This document shows positions 13,576 through 24,000 of a stretch of DNA of 24,000 nt, piece after piece. The notes beneath the pieces are model-generated. The model ran no database searches. It was not told the DNA's origin and worked only from the letters and a program-made list of their open reading frames with translations. The DNA is from Cocleimonas sp. (GTDB taxonomy: Bacteria; Pseudomonadota; Gammaproteobacteria; Thiotrichales; Thiotrichaceae). Made by a program: the position numbers and the translations under genes. The stretch is from contig JAZGEM010000074.1 of assembly GCA_036478745.1 (NCBI GenBank), positions 1-24,000 of the forward strand. Reading direction: 5' to 3'. Numbering within the stretch: position 1 is the first letter of the stretch; every line of letters starts with the position of its first letter.

Positions 13576-14694
13576 ATGACTAGACAGAGAAAGATCAAGA
13601 CTAAATACAATATCAAATACGTTCATGAAGCAAATGGGCGACTTGTCTATAGACCTTATATAAAAAAGTCAGAAAGATATGAAGGTATCATTGTTGATAA
13701 GAAAGGCTTTTTAAAACCACCAATCAAATTAGGTAAGCCTGGTGATGACGCAGACCTTATTATGAGGGCGTATCTAGCAGTTAAAAATCAATTAAAAAAC
13801 CAAGATAGAATAATCAAAGGCACCTTAGGCTATATAGTCCAAGAATATCAAGACTCGCGCCAATATAAAAACAAAGCAGCAAGTAGCCAAAAACGTGATA
13901 AAAATTTAATTCGCGTTCTTGAACAAAAAACAAGAATTGATAATAAACCTTCGACTCTTTCAGATATTCATATCGATTTTATTACAAAACCCCTGATAAA
14001 TGCTATCGCAGAAAAACGTTTAGCTGTTTATAAACAGAATGGAAGAAAAGGTGAAGTACAGGTAAACCGAGAAATAACTTTTTTAAGCGGGGCAATCAGT
14101 TGGGCAGTGAACTATTTGCCCAATTTAGGTATTAATGTTAACCCTCTGCTAGGAATTAAAAAAATTAAAGAACCCAAAAATGAACGCTATGTAACTGATG
14201 AGGAGTATTACAAGCAATATAAAATTAGCAGCGAGGTTTCACCATACTTACAGCCTGCATTTGAACTTACTTATCTTATGGGCTTAAGAGGCTCAGAAAC
14301 ACTTGATATAAGGGTAAGTGATTGTACAGATGCTGGCATTAGGACTCATCGTAGAAAGGGTTCTAAAGACAATATAGTTGAATGGTCAGAGCGTTTAAAA
14401 AATGCTTATGAACATGCATTACTATTGCATAAGGATCATAAAATCTTAGAAATAGATCCTCACCTCATTATTGGTGATACAGGAGGTAAGATGCCGAAAA
14501 GCACTTTTGATGATGCTATGCAAAGATTAAAACGAAAAATGAGTTCTAAAGGTTTAAGTAATACATATTGGAGCTTACACAAGCTTAAATCCAAAGCTCA
14601 GAGTGATGCTAAAAATAAAGATATTAGTGGATTGTCAGAATCTATGAAGCGCCATTACGACACCAAACTCCATAAGGTTGACCCCGCCAGATAG
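13576..14694 (+). CDS. Tyrosine integrase of the tRNA-Leu island (372 aa)
   Basis: Size, position next to the tRNA 3' end, and LMGLRGSETLDIRVSD (Arg I), HRRKGSKDNIVEW, LHKLKSKAQSD (HxxK instead of HxxR), MKRHYD (Tyr). Confidence 0.8.
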   Translation: MTRQRKIKTKYNIKYVHEANGRLVYRPYIKKSERYEGIIVDKKGFLKPPIKLGKPGDDADLIMRAYLAVKNQLKNQDRIIKGTLGYIVQEYQDSRQYKNKAASSQKRDKNLIRVLEQKTRIDNKPSTLSDIHIDFITKPLINAIAEKRLAVYKQNGRKGEVQVNREITFLSGAISWAVNYLPNLGINVNPLLGIKKIKEPKNERYVTDEEYYKQYKISSEVSPYLQPAFELTYLMGLRGSETLDIRVSDCTDAGIRTHRRKGSKDNIVEWSERLKNAYEHALLLHKDHKILEIDPHLIIGDTGGKMPKSTFDDAMQRLKRKMSSKGLSNTYWSLHKLKSKAQSDAKNKDISGLSESMKRHYDTKLHKVDPAR

Positions 14695-14798
14695 CAATCT
14701 TTTTCCTAAAAGTAGTATTCTTTTTCCTAAATATAGAGTTGCTTGAAGAATTTACTTAGTTAGAAAAACCATAAGCCGCTGATTTTAATGAAAATAAA

Positions 14799-14885
14799 TG
14801 GTGCCCAGGGCCGGAATCGAACCGGCACGGTGTTGCCACCGAGGGATTTTAAGTCCCTTGCGTCTACCAATTTCGCCACCTGGGC
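14799..14885 (-). tRNA. leuZ: tRNA-Leu (anticodon UAA), long variable arm, CCA encoded
   Basis: The reverse complement is GCCCAGGTGGCGAAATTGGTAGACGCAAGGGACTTAAAATCCCTCGGTGGCAACACCGTGCCGGTTCGATTCCGGCCCTGGGCACCA. The anticodon loop is CTTAAAA. Confidence 0.95.
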
Positions 14886-14972
14886 ATGTAATGAACTTAC
14901 ATTTGATGGGCTTTCTAAACTAAACACAATTTAAAAGTAGACATTTAATATTGTGTTTTCTTGTGTAAATAA

Positions 14973-15046
14973 TGGAGGCTGAGCCCGGAATCGAACCGAG
15001 GTAGGCGGTTTTGCAAACCGCTGCATAACCACTCTGCAACTCAGCC
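14973..15046 (-). tRNA. cysT: tRNA-Cys (anticodon GCA)
   Basis: The reverse complement is GGCTGAGTTGCAGAGTGGTTATGCAGCGGTTTGCAAAACCGCCTACCTCGGTTCGATTCCGGGCTCAGCCTCCA. The anticodon loop is TTGCAAA. Confidence 0.9.
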
Positions 15047-15141
15047 CCACAAGGTGCGCGATAATAGCATCAAAAAATAGCATATGGAAAGGTTTTCACA
15101 TATGATTTTTACAATTTCAAACACAACTTTCTAGGACAAAT

Positions 15142-15171
15142 AAAAAAGCCTGAATTATCATTCAGGCTTTT
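15142..15171 (-). terminator. Rho-independent terminator after tRNA-Gly
   Basis: aagcctgaa-ttatca-ttcaggctt forms a 9-bp stem, followed on the minus strand by T6. Confidence 0.6.
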
Positions 15172-15176
15172 AAATA

Positions 15177-15252
<76 letters not shown>

Positions 15253-15265
15253 AAAAGAGGCGCGT

Positions 15266-15294
15266 ATATTAAGTGCCCGTTGTTAAACTGTCAA
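15266..15294 (-). promoter_or_regulatory. Sigma70 promoter of the tRNA cluster: TTGACA-N17-TAATAT followed by a GC-rich discriminator (ACGCGCC)
   Basis: The minus strand reads ttgaca gtttaacaacgggcact taatat acgcgcctctttt, then the tRNA-Gly 5' end. Confidence 0.55.
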
Positions 15295-15342
15295 GCTTCA
15301 CATTCGATATTTTCATGAATTATTTAAGCTAAGTTAATGATA

Positions 15343-15372
15343 ATGGCACCCCCCCCTTTTTTAGACAATTGG
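15343..15372 (+). repeat. Dispersed motif ATGGCAC-C8-T6-AGACAATTGG
   Basis: Read directly. Family member; see 5415-5500, 15440-15470 and 21084-21114. Confidence 0.7.
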
Positions 15373-15439
15373 AATGGTCTTTGCCTCTAGTTACAATACA
15401 ATTAAAGAAGCACGGATTTTTCTTCTCTTCATATTCTAT

Positions 15440-15470
15440 ATGGCACCCCCCCTGTTTTTACACAATTGAT
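15440..15470 (+). repeat. Dispersed motif ATGGCAC-C7-TGTTTTTACACAATTGAT
   Basis: Read directly. Same orientation as, and 97 bp from, the previous copy. Confidence 0.7.
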
Positions 15471-15522
15471 GTGTATAAAAAGCAAAAGCTTCACCTTTTA
15501 ACACGCTCAAGGGAACAACTAG

Positions 15523-17583
<2,061 letters not shown>

Positions 17584-17710
17584 TTATCGTATTTACTTCG
17601 TATTGAATATAGCCGCATAATTCTACCACAGGATAGGGGCATAAAAGCTGTTATAGAAAGCATCTACTCATAGTTGTGAAAGCATAAAATAAGCTGACCA
17701 AAAACAGCTA

Positions 17711-17738
17711 TTTACGAAATCTGAAAATCAGGTATAAT
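17711..17738 (+). promoter_or_regulatory. Candidate dksA promoter: TTTACG-N16-TATAAT with a GCGCGCC discriminator
   Basis: Read directly, about 75 nt upstream of the dksA ATG. Confidence 0.4.
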
Positions 17739-17811
17739 GCGCGCCTTAAATTTCTAATAGTTCTTTCAACTATTTTGAGGTTTAAAGCTATTAATTTTCA
17801 GGAGATGGGAA

Positions 17812-18261
17812 ATGGCAACTGATAAAAATACAATAACACGCAATTCTGCATTACCAGTGGATGGTATCGAGCCTTACGTTCCTAAGAAAAACGAAGAATA
17901 TATGAATGACGATCAAGTCGCTCATTTTCGTAATATTTTAGCCGCTTGGAAAAAGAGTTTGATGGAAGAAGTTGATCGCACCATGGATCACATGCAAGAA
18001 GAGGCCAGTACATTTTCTGACCCGGCTGATCGCGCGACTCAAGAAGAAGAGTTTACGCTTGAACTTCGTGCTCGCGATAGGGAAAGAAAGCTCGTAAGAA
18101 AAATTGATAAAACAATTACACGTCTTGATACAGATGATTATGGCTACTGTGATGCTTGCGGAATTGAAATCGGTTTACAAAGACTAGAAGTCCGCCCAAC
18201 AGCTGATATGTGTATCGACTGTAAAACGACTGAAGAAATTAAAGAAAAACAAATCGCTTAG
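17812..18261 (+). CDS. dksA: RNA polymerase-binding transcription factor DksA
   Basis: 149 aa. Coiled-coil acidic tip ...SDPADRATQEEEF..., and 4-Cys zinc finger CDACGIEIGLQRLEVRPTADMCIDCK. Confidence 0.95.
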   Translation: MATDKNTITRNSALPVDGIEPYVPKKNEEYMNDDQVAHFRNILAAWKKSLMEEVDRTMDHMQEEASTFSDPADRATQEEEFTLELRARDRERKLVRKIDKTITRLDTDDYGYCDACGIEIGLQRLEVRPTADMCIDCKTTEEIKEKQIA

Positions 18262-18344
18262 TTTTCGTTTAAATAAATTACTTGGGAGCTTCATTGAAAA
18301 CGTCGAAGTCTTCCAATATTTCAAGTAAATCTGCCAGTGAAAAC

Positions 18345-19259
18345 ATGCATTACACTGGCAGATTCGCTCCCTCCCCTACTGGTCCACTCCATTTCGGCTC
18401 GCTAATTGCGGCTGTGGCTAGCTACCTTTGCGCCCGTCAAATCTCACATAACAACCAAGGAAAGTGGTTACTGCGGATTGAAGATGTGGATAGTCAACGT
18501 TGCCAGCAGAGCCATGCGCTATCTATTATAAGCACACTTGAGAACTATGGCTTTGAATGGGATGATGAGATCCTCTACCAATCACAACGACCGGAAGCTT
18601 ATCAAGCAGCATTAGACTCTATCACAGATAAAATATACCCTTGTAGTTGTACTCGCAAAGCGTTACGTGAGAATTCATCTAGTAGTAAATATTCCTATAC
18701 CTATCCTGGGTTTTGTCGCGAAGGAGTAAGAAATCCGGCGAGTGACAACCGTAGTATTCGCTTAAGAACAAATCAAAATCCTGTCTGTTTTACTGATCAA
18801 TGCCAGCCACAGCCATTTTGTCAAAATATCGAAACCGAAGTGGGTGACTTTATTGTTAAACGCAGTGATGAAATGTTTGCCTACCATCTTGCAGTCGTTG
18901 TCGATGATCACTGGCAACAGGTAAACCATATTGTGCGTGGCTCGGACTTGTTTGATAACACGCCACGCCAATTATATTTACAATCCTTACTCGCCTATTC
19001 ACATCCGCAGTATTTGCATATTCCCGTTGCCGTTGATGCTCAAGGCAAGAAGCTCAGTAAACAAAATTTATCGCCTGAAATACCGATGCTTCAAAGGCGT
19101 TTTACATTGATCAAAGCCTTAGAGTTTCTTGGGCAAGTTGTGCCTGATAAATCTAATTTCTCATCTTTAGATGACCTATGGAAATGGGCGGTAGAGAACT
19201 GGGATACAAAAAAAATTCCTGCCGTTATGACAAAGCAGTATGACGATACAATAATTTAA
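18345..19259 (+). CDS. gluQ: Glutamyl-Q tRNA(Asp) synthetase (GluQRS/YadB)
   Basis: GRFAPSPTGPLHFGSL (HIGH-type), KLSKQ motif, about 300 aa, no anticodon-binding domain, directly after dksA as in E. coli. I prefer the ATG at 18345 to the TTG at 18282 used by the track. Confidence 0.9.
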   Translation: MHYTGRFAPSPTGPLHFGSLIAAVASYLCARQISHNNQGKWLLRIEDVDSQRCQQSHALSIISTLENYGFEWDDEILYQSQRPEAYQAALDSITDKIYPCSCTRKALRENSSSSKYSYTYPGFCREGVRNPASDNRSIRLRTNQNPVCFTDQCQPQPFCQNIETEVGDFIVKRSDEMFAYHLAVVVDDHWQQVNHIVRGSDLFDNTPRQLYLQSLLAYSHPQYLHIPVAVDAQGKKLSKQNLSPEIPMLQRRFTLIKALEFLGQVVPDKSNFSSLDDLWKWAVENWDTKKIPAVMTKQYDDTII

Positions 19260-19282
19260 TCTACACTCTAAAACACAATTGA

Positions 19283-19996
19283 ATGAAGATTATAAAAATG
19301 AGTAAAGAAAATCATACTAAAGATGAGTCATTTACGCCTGATGCTTTGATGCTACTTAGTAGTCATTGCGCCCATTGTCCGGGTGTTTTAGAGCTTTTGA
19401 GTAAAATGATCAAAGCGGGAGATATTGCTAATTTAACAGTAGTAAATCTTGAGAAGAACCCTGATGCAATGCAAAAGTATAAAGTTCGTTCCGTTCCTTG
19501 GGTACGCATTGGCAAGCATGAATTAACGGGCTCTCAAACACTTGAAGCGCTGCAACAACGCGCTCAATGGGCTATAGATGATCATCAAAATAAAGATCAA
19601 AAAAACCTAGATGCTGACTTTGACTTTTTGCTGTCTGACGGACAGGTTAACAAAGTCATAGAAGCTATCAAAAAAGATCAGTTGGGTATTAAGGTGATTA
19701 TGTCACTTCTGGGAGATAGCGGCACCGTGCTCAGTACACGGATTGGTATTGGCGTTGTTTTTGAAGAGTTTGCCACCACTGATTTTGTAAAAGAACTCAT
19801 CCCTCAACTGGCAGAATTAAGTCAACATGAGGATCAACGTATTCGTGCGGATGCGTATCATTATTTAGGATTAACCAAAGATAAAAGCGCACTTCCCTTT
19901 TTAGAAAAAGGCAAAAACGATAAAGACCTAGAAGTCAGGGAGATTGTGGCTGACTCGCTTGAAGAGTTAAACCTAGGCTCTTCAGTTGGCAGCTAA
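19283..19996 (+). CDS. Thioredoxin-fold (CAHC) protein with C-terminal HEAT-like repeats
   Basis: LLSSHCAHCPG...VRSVPWVRIG is a thioredoxin/glutaredoxin-like CxxC with cis-Pro. ...EDQRIRADAYHYLGLTKDKSALPFLEKGKNDKDLEVREIVADSLEEL is HEAT/PBS-lyase-like. Confidence 0.6.
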   Translation: MKIIKMSKENHTKDESFTPDALMLLSSHCAHCPGVLELLSKMIKAGDIANLTVVNLEKNPDAMQKYKVRSVPWVRIGKHELTGSQTLEALQQRAQWAIDDHQNKDQKNLDADFDFLLSDGQVNKVIEAIKKDQLGIKVIMSLLGDSGTVLSTRIGIGVVFEEFATTDFVKELIPQLAELSQHEDQRIRADAYHYLGLTKDKSALPFLEKGKNDKDLEVREIVADSLEELNLGSSVGS

Positions 19997-20080
19997 GAAT
20001 AGATAGTAACCATATGATGAGTAAAAAATTAATTACGATTTTCAACTTCACTACAAGGGTGAGGAACGCTAGGTTAAACA

Positions 20081-21049
20081 ATGCTTGATCGTTTACCCCT
20101 TTGGCTATCTGCCCTAATCAAAGAAATATTGTCAATTAGTTTTAATCTTTTCAAGCTGATGATCCCTATCATCATCATCGTCAAGATTATTGAAGAATTA
20201 GGTGGCATCAAATACATCGGTATGGCACTAGAACCCATTATGCAACTGGTTGGTTTACCTGCCGAAATGGGTTTAGTATGGGCAACCACCATGATCACCA
20301 GCATTTACGGTGGGATGATTATTTTTGCCACAACAGCAATCAGTGAGCCGCTTAGTATCGCTCAAGTAACAGTCTTAGGAAGTATGATGCTATTCGCACA
20401 TTCGCTACCGATTGAAGTCCGTATAGCTCAAAAAGCAGGTGTCCGTATTGTCTATATGCTGATTTTACGTATTGGTGGTGCGCTATTGCTGGGGTTGATA
20501 TTACACTACATTTATAGCTCTGGCGCTTTTTTAACTGAAGAAAATACAGCCATCTGGAAGCCACAAATTAGTAGTGATACATCCTTACTAGGCTGGGTAT
20601 TTTCACAGATCAAAACACTGTTTCAGGTTTTTCTAATAATCGCAGTGCTTGTTGTTTTTTTAAAACTACTCAAAGTTTGCCATATAGAAAGACTGCTCGC
20701 CTATCTTTTAAAACCACTTCTTAAAATACTAGGCTTAGGTAAAGAGAGTACCTCCATTACCATCATCGGTATCACACTCGGTCTAACCTATGGCGGTGGC
20801 TTATTAATCAATGAAGCTCAAAATGGTAAAATATCTAAGATGGATGTATTTGGTTCACTCAGTCTACTCGCAATCTGTCACAGTATCATAGAAGATACAC
20901 TGCTTATTATTCTACTTGGTGCTGATATTACAGGTGCGCTCTACCTGCGCGTTCTACTGGCTTTAATTATTACGAGCTTGGTTATTCGTTTTGCAAAAAA
21001 ACTCAGTTCAGAGTCTTTCTCCCGTTATTTTGTTTACTCATCAAGGTAG
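20081..21049 (+). CDS. Polytopic inner-membrane protein, nucleoside-recognition (Gate) domain-like
   Basis: 322 aa, multiple TM segments. ...IIEELGGIKYIGMALEPIMQLVGLPAEMGLVWATTMITSIYGG resembles FeoB-type Gate motifs. Confidence 0.55.
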   Translation: MLDRLPLWLSALIKEILSISFNLFKLMIPIIIIVKIIEELGGIKYIGMALEPIMQLVGLPAEMGLVWATTMITSIYGGMIIFATTAISEPLSIAQVTVLGSMMLFAHSLPIEVRIAQKAGVRIVYMLILRIGGALLLGLILHYIYSSGAFLTEENTAIWKPQISSDTSLLGWVFSQIKTLFQVFLIIAVLVVFLKLLKVCHIERLLAYLLKPLLKILGLGKESTSITIIGITLGLTYGGGLLINEAQNGKISKMDVFGSLSLLAICHSIIEDTLLIILLGADITGALYLRVLLALIITSLVIRFAKKLSSESFSRYFVYSSR

Positions 21050-21083
21050 CATCCAGAGATATCCATGGAAGTTCAATTGTACA

Positions 21084-21114
21084 ATGGCACCCCCCCCTTT
21101 TTTACATATTTGAT
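21084..21114 (+). repeat. Dispersed motif ATGGCAC-C8-T6-ACATATTTGAT
   Basis: Read directly. It lies in the intergenic region upstream of bolA. Confidence 0.7.
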
Positions 21115-21167
21115 CCATATTGAAAAAGGTTTATTATGCTAATAAGTCAATTGGAGCACTGAAGCAA

Positions 21168-21467
21168 ATGAATATGCAACAGCAAATAGAAGACAAACTC
21201 ACGAAAGCACTTGAACCGGAAGTGCTAGAAGTCATCAATGAAAGTCATATGCATAGCGGACCTGCAACAGAATCTCATTTTAAAGTGGTTGCCGTCAGTA
21301 AATTATTTGAAGGTAAAATGTTAATTGCTAGGCATCGAATGATTAATTCAGAACTGGCTGATGTATTACAAAAAATTCATGCTCTGGCGATGCACACCAT
21401 GACACCTGATGAATATTTTGAAAAGGCAGGAAAAGTTGCAGACTCACCTGCTTGTAAAGGGGGATAG
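21168..21467 (+). CDS. bolA: BolA family transcriptional regulator / Fe-S-associated protein
   Basis: LEVINESHMHSGPATESHFKVVAVSKLFEGKMLIARHRMINSELA...IHALAMHTMTPDEY...SPACKGG is collinear with E. coli BolA. I prefer the ATG at 21168 (GGAG 11 nt upstream) to the TTG at 21120. Confidence 0.85.
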   Translation: MNMQQQIEDKLTKALEPEVLEVINESHMHSGPATESHFKVVAVSKLFEGKMLIARHRMINSELADVLQKIHALAMHTMTPDEYFEKAGKVADSPACKGG

Positions 21468-21512
21468 TACTAGTAGCTATTAGAGTGCTGGTATTAGAGT
21501 ACCCAGTATAGC

Positions 21513-22751
21513 TTATTCCACTATTTCCAAAGTAGGATGAGGGATAATAAACCGACTGGTTGAATTACCTGATTCACGTACTTTTCTAATAATCTCATCT
21601 TTATAATTCCAGATGGTCAATAAGTAGTAATCAGGTGGGCTCAGTTGCGCTTGCTGCTCTTCACTAATTATTTTTATGCCTGTTAATGGGATATATCTTC
21701 CTTGTTTCGTAATACTTGAATCGACGGCATAAGAAATCATGCTTGAATCAATGCCTAAAAAGTTAAGTAAGGTTGCAGATTTTGCGGATGCCCCGTATAC
21801 AGATATGGATTTTCCCTGTGATTGTATTTTCTTAATGGTGTTTTGTATCTCAAGTATATTTTTTTGAACACCAGTTATAAACTTTTCATAGTAATTCACG
21901 TGATGCATATCTTTTTCAAGTTCAAGGTATTGCAATGCGGTTTTTGATAGTTCACCTTGGGCACTTTGACGTTTGATAACATAAAGCATCGTACCGCCAT
22001 GAATATCACTGTGTAAGCAATCTATTAACTTGAAGCCAAACTTACTGGTAATTTTTTGAATGGCTCGTAGATTGTAATAGTACATATGTTCATGATAGAT
22101 CTGATCAAATTCCCTTAATTCGACCGTATCGGGAAAGTAGGCATTCTCTATAACAAAAACACCTTCATCAGTTAATAATTTATCTACACCTTCTAACATT
22201 TTCCAAGGCTCTTCATTGTGCGCAAAACAATGTCTGCTAACAATTAAATCTTTTGCTCCCGACTGCTTTTCAATATCTGCTGCTGATTCTGAATCAAAAT
22301 AATCACAACGTGTTGGAATACCTTCCTGATTCGCCATTTTCACAATATTTTGAGCAGGATCAACACCGATCATACTGTTTACATAAGGCTTAAGGTGCTG
22401 AAGGAAGCGACCAATGTTACTGCCTATTTCTAATACGTTAGCCCAACTTTCTAAACCATGCTGATTAATTAAGTGATTGATTATCGTTTGATAGTGCTCT
22501 GTCAGCATTGGACTTTTTGGGGTTATATAGGCGTATTCCTTATAAAGGATATCAAGATCAGTACAATAATTTAATTGTGCAGTGGAACAATCAGAACAGA
22601 TATTAACAACAGTAGGATAGGTTTCTACGGGTATTGATTTATCACTCAGCAGTGTATTCGCAAGCGGTAGGTTTCCAAAATCTAAAATTTCGAAAGTTTC
22701 AGCGCCACAGAACCGACAAGCTAAATCTTTGTTGTGATGTATGTTTTTCAC
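21513..22751 (-). CDS. SAM-dependent C-methyltransferase (sugar 3-C-methyltransferase-like; Zn-ribbon N-terminus plus Methyltransf_14-type C-terminus)
   Basis: CRFCGAETFEILDFGNLPLAN...CSDCSTAQL (Cys4), SAM motif VLEIGSNIGRF, about 410 aa, typical of the TylC3/NovU-like family. Confidence 0.7.
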   Translation of the reverse strand: MKNIHHNKDLACRFCGAETFEILDFGNLPLANTLLSDKSIPVETYPTVVNICSDCSTAQLNYCTDLDILYKEYAYITPKSPMLTEHYQTIINHLINQHGLESWANVLEIGSNIGRFLQHLKPYVNSMIGVDPAQNIVKMANQEGIPTRCDYFDSESAADIEKQSGAKDLIVSRHCFAHNEEPWKMLEGVDKLLTDEGVFVIENAYFPDTVELREFDQIYHEHMYYYNLRAIQKITSKFGFKLIDCLHSDIHGGTMLYVIKRQSAQGELSKTALQYLELEKDMHHVNYYEKFITGVQKNILEIQNTIKKIQSQGKSISVYGASAKSATLLNFLGIDSSMISYAVDSSITKQGRYIPLTGIKIISEEQQAQLSPPDYYLLTIWNYKDEIIRKVRESGNSTSRFIIPHPTLEIVE

Positions 22752-22816
22752 AGTTACCGTTAGTTTTTATTATTTGTAGTCTTATGTACATGAATTAGTT
22801 CATTTTTTTAAAGGGG

Positions 22817-23974
22817 CTAACTAATCAATATACTCTCCTGCCAAGCTTTAAGTGCAAGACTTGGCTTTATTTCAATATGAGTAAAACAAATTACTTCACC
22901 TTTCTCTACAGCTTTGGTGATAACTGCATCAGAAAGCAAGCCCATCGGTATATGCTGTGGATAATCAATAATTTTTATCGCTACGCCTCGTATTTCAAAA
23001 CTTCCAATAGCATGAGAAATGCACGTACCGTTAGGTAAATCCTTTTTTGCAATTGCACATAAACTGATAGTCGGTGACTCACTATTATTTAACAGCGGTA
23101 TTCCCTGATGCATAACTCTTTTTATTGTTTTCAATATTTCCAAATGACATAAGACTCTACTATTACTCAACGTATAATAAGGACCCCCACCCAGTTTTAA
23201 GTACTCCAAGGAGGCTTGTTGATGCTCAGTATGTTCAGCCACAATAAACACCCGAGCTTTCTCATCAGCAGAAATTATATAATCACTAATCGTCCGACCT
23301 TTTTCCTCAGCTATATTAGCCAGTCTCAGCGCTCCTGCTTCAAGCTTATCAGACTGAAATCCTAATAAGCCTTGTTGAGCAATAGTCGCATTTAAACCAT
23401 TCGCAACTAATGCCTGCTCAGCCTGTAATTTAGTACCATCCGTTGCTGCAGTGACCATCGCGAGGCTAATACCTTGTTTCTTAGCCCAAAACTGCATCTC
23501 TTTAAGCGTGGGGTCGTTGTTGTAAAAACCTTTTACATTTCCATAAACCAAGGGCTTAAACCCCATGCTAATGGCTTCTTCTGCTAAGGCCGCCAAACAA
23601 CCGGGTTGATCTCCCTCAGCCTCTGTTAGTAACCCTTTTGACACAAAATAGGAACCACAGGTCACATGAAATTCCGTATTCATGGTGACCACAGGCAACG
23701 ATGCAGAAAAGACCAGGTCAATAACATCTGCGGCATGAATCGGATCACCACTGCATTCGACAACAATATCAGAATGCTCAATCAACTCCGTTAAGGATTG
23801 AGTCAGTAAATCTTGACGTGGAAACTCATTACAACTATCTAAGTTACGACGTGTCAAAACACGTGATGCTATATATTCTGTTTGCTGTTGTAGTAAAAGA
23901 GTAAAGCCTCTGGATATAAAACCAGTACCTACAATTCCTACTTTTATGGGTGTATCAATGGGACTATTTTTCAT
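22817..23974 (-). CDS. NAD(P)-binding oxidoreductase, homoserine-dehydrogenase-like with a C-terminal SAF domain (COG4091-like)
   Basis: N-terminal Rossmann motif KVGIVGTGFISRG, EAEGDQPG motif, and a C-terminal SAF-like segment AKKDLPNGTCISHAIGSFEIRGVA...IPMGLL. Confidence 0.55.
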   Translation of the reverse strand: MKNSPIDTPIKVGIVGTGFISRGFTLLLQQQTEYIASRVLTRRNLDSCNEFPRQDLLTQSLTELIEHSDIVVECSGDPIHAADVIDLVFSASLPVVTMNTEFHVTCGSYFVSKGLLTEAEGDQPGCLAALAEEAISMGFKPLVYGNVKGFYNNDPTLKEMQFWAKKQGISLAMVTAATDGTKLQAEQALVANGLNATIAQQGLLGFQSDKLEAGALRLANIAEEKGRTISDYIISADEKARVFIVAEHTEHQQASLEYLKLGGGPYYTLSNSRVLCHLEILKTIKRVMHQGIPLLNNSESPTISLCAIAKKDLPNGTCISHAIGSFEIRGVAIKIIDYPQHIPMGLLSDAVITKAVEKGEVICFTHIEIKPSLALKAWQESILIS

Positions 23975-24000
23975 AGAAACCTCATAGTTTATTCATTCGC

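Noticed and set aside
15341-15470. TGGCAC in the dispersed repeat resembles the -24 element of sigma54 promoters (TGGCAC-N5-TTGC).
   Set aside because: None of the copies has a GC/TTGC -12 element at the right spacing; the next bases are a poly-C tract and then T-runs. The motif also occurs in both orientations regardless of gene direction.
21467-21513. Terminator between the convergent bolA and methyltransferase genes.
   Set aside because: There is only a weak, long-loop inverted repeat (tagctat...atagcta) and direct ATTAGAGT repeats, with no convincing GC stem or T-run.

Overview
AT-rich, gammaproteobacterium-like chromosome segment; I cannot name the species without a search. The right ~9 kb (14.8-24.0 kb) is housekeeping. 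It holds a tRNA-Gly(GCC)/tRNA-Cys(GCA)/tRNA-Leu(UAA) cluster on the minus strand (same order as E. coli glyW-cysT-leuZ), ligA, dksA-gluQ, a thioredoxin/HEAT protein, a Gate-domain membrane protein, bolA, and two sugar-modification-type genes at the edge. The left ~14.8 kb is accessory. A 14.1-kb island sits in the 3' end of tRNA-Leu(UAA), bounded by a perfect 55-bp direct repeat (762-816 and 14799-14853), with a DUF4224-like gene and an integrase next to the tRNA. Beyond the distal repeat lies a second, truncated integrase, suggesting tandem accretion. Island cargo, left to right: (i) a minus-strand operon of small hydrophobic peptides, two of them clear paralogues that are absent from the ORF track; (ii) a frameshifted DDE transposase; (iii) a short, signal-peptide-bearing RHS/YD-repeat toxin with a GHH/AHH-type HNH-nuclease-like C-terminus and an overlapping immunity gene, the cassette flanked by a 57-bp direct repeat; (iv) a tightly packed orphan operon of 276 + 32 + 229 aa; (v) a wHTH-nucleotidyltransferase / HEPN-like pair; (vi) a 3' fragment of tRNA-Lys(UUU); (vii) an XRE repressor whose dual-palindrome operator/promoter region recurs at three loci in the island, with one cognate regulator frameshifted and another displaced by the IS; (viii) a second tyrosine recombinase preceded by two ~58-bp repeats with internal palindromes. 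The best candidates for an undescribed system are the repressor-gated small-membrane-peptide modules and the 276/32/229-aa operon next to the MNT/HEPN pair. All functional calls rest on motif recognition by eye; no database search was possible.
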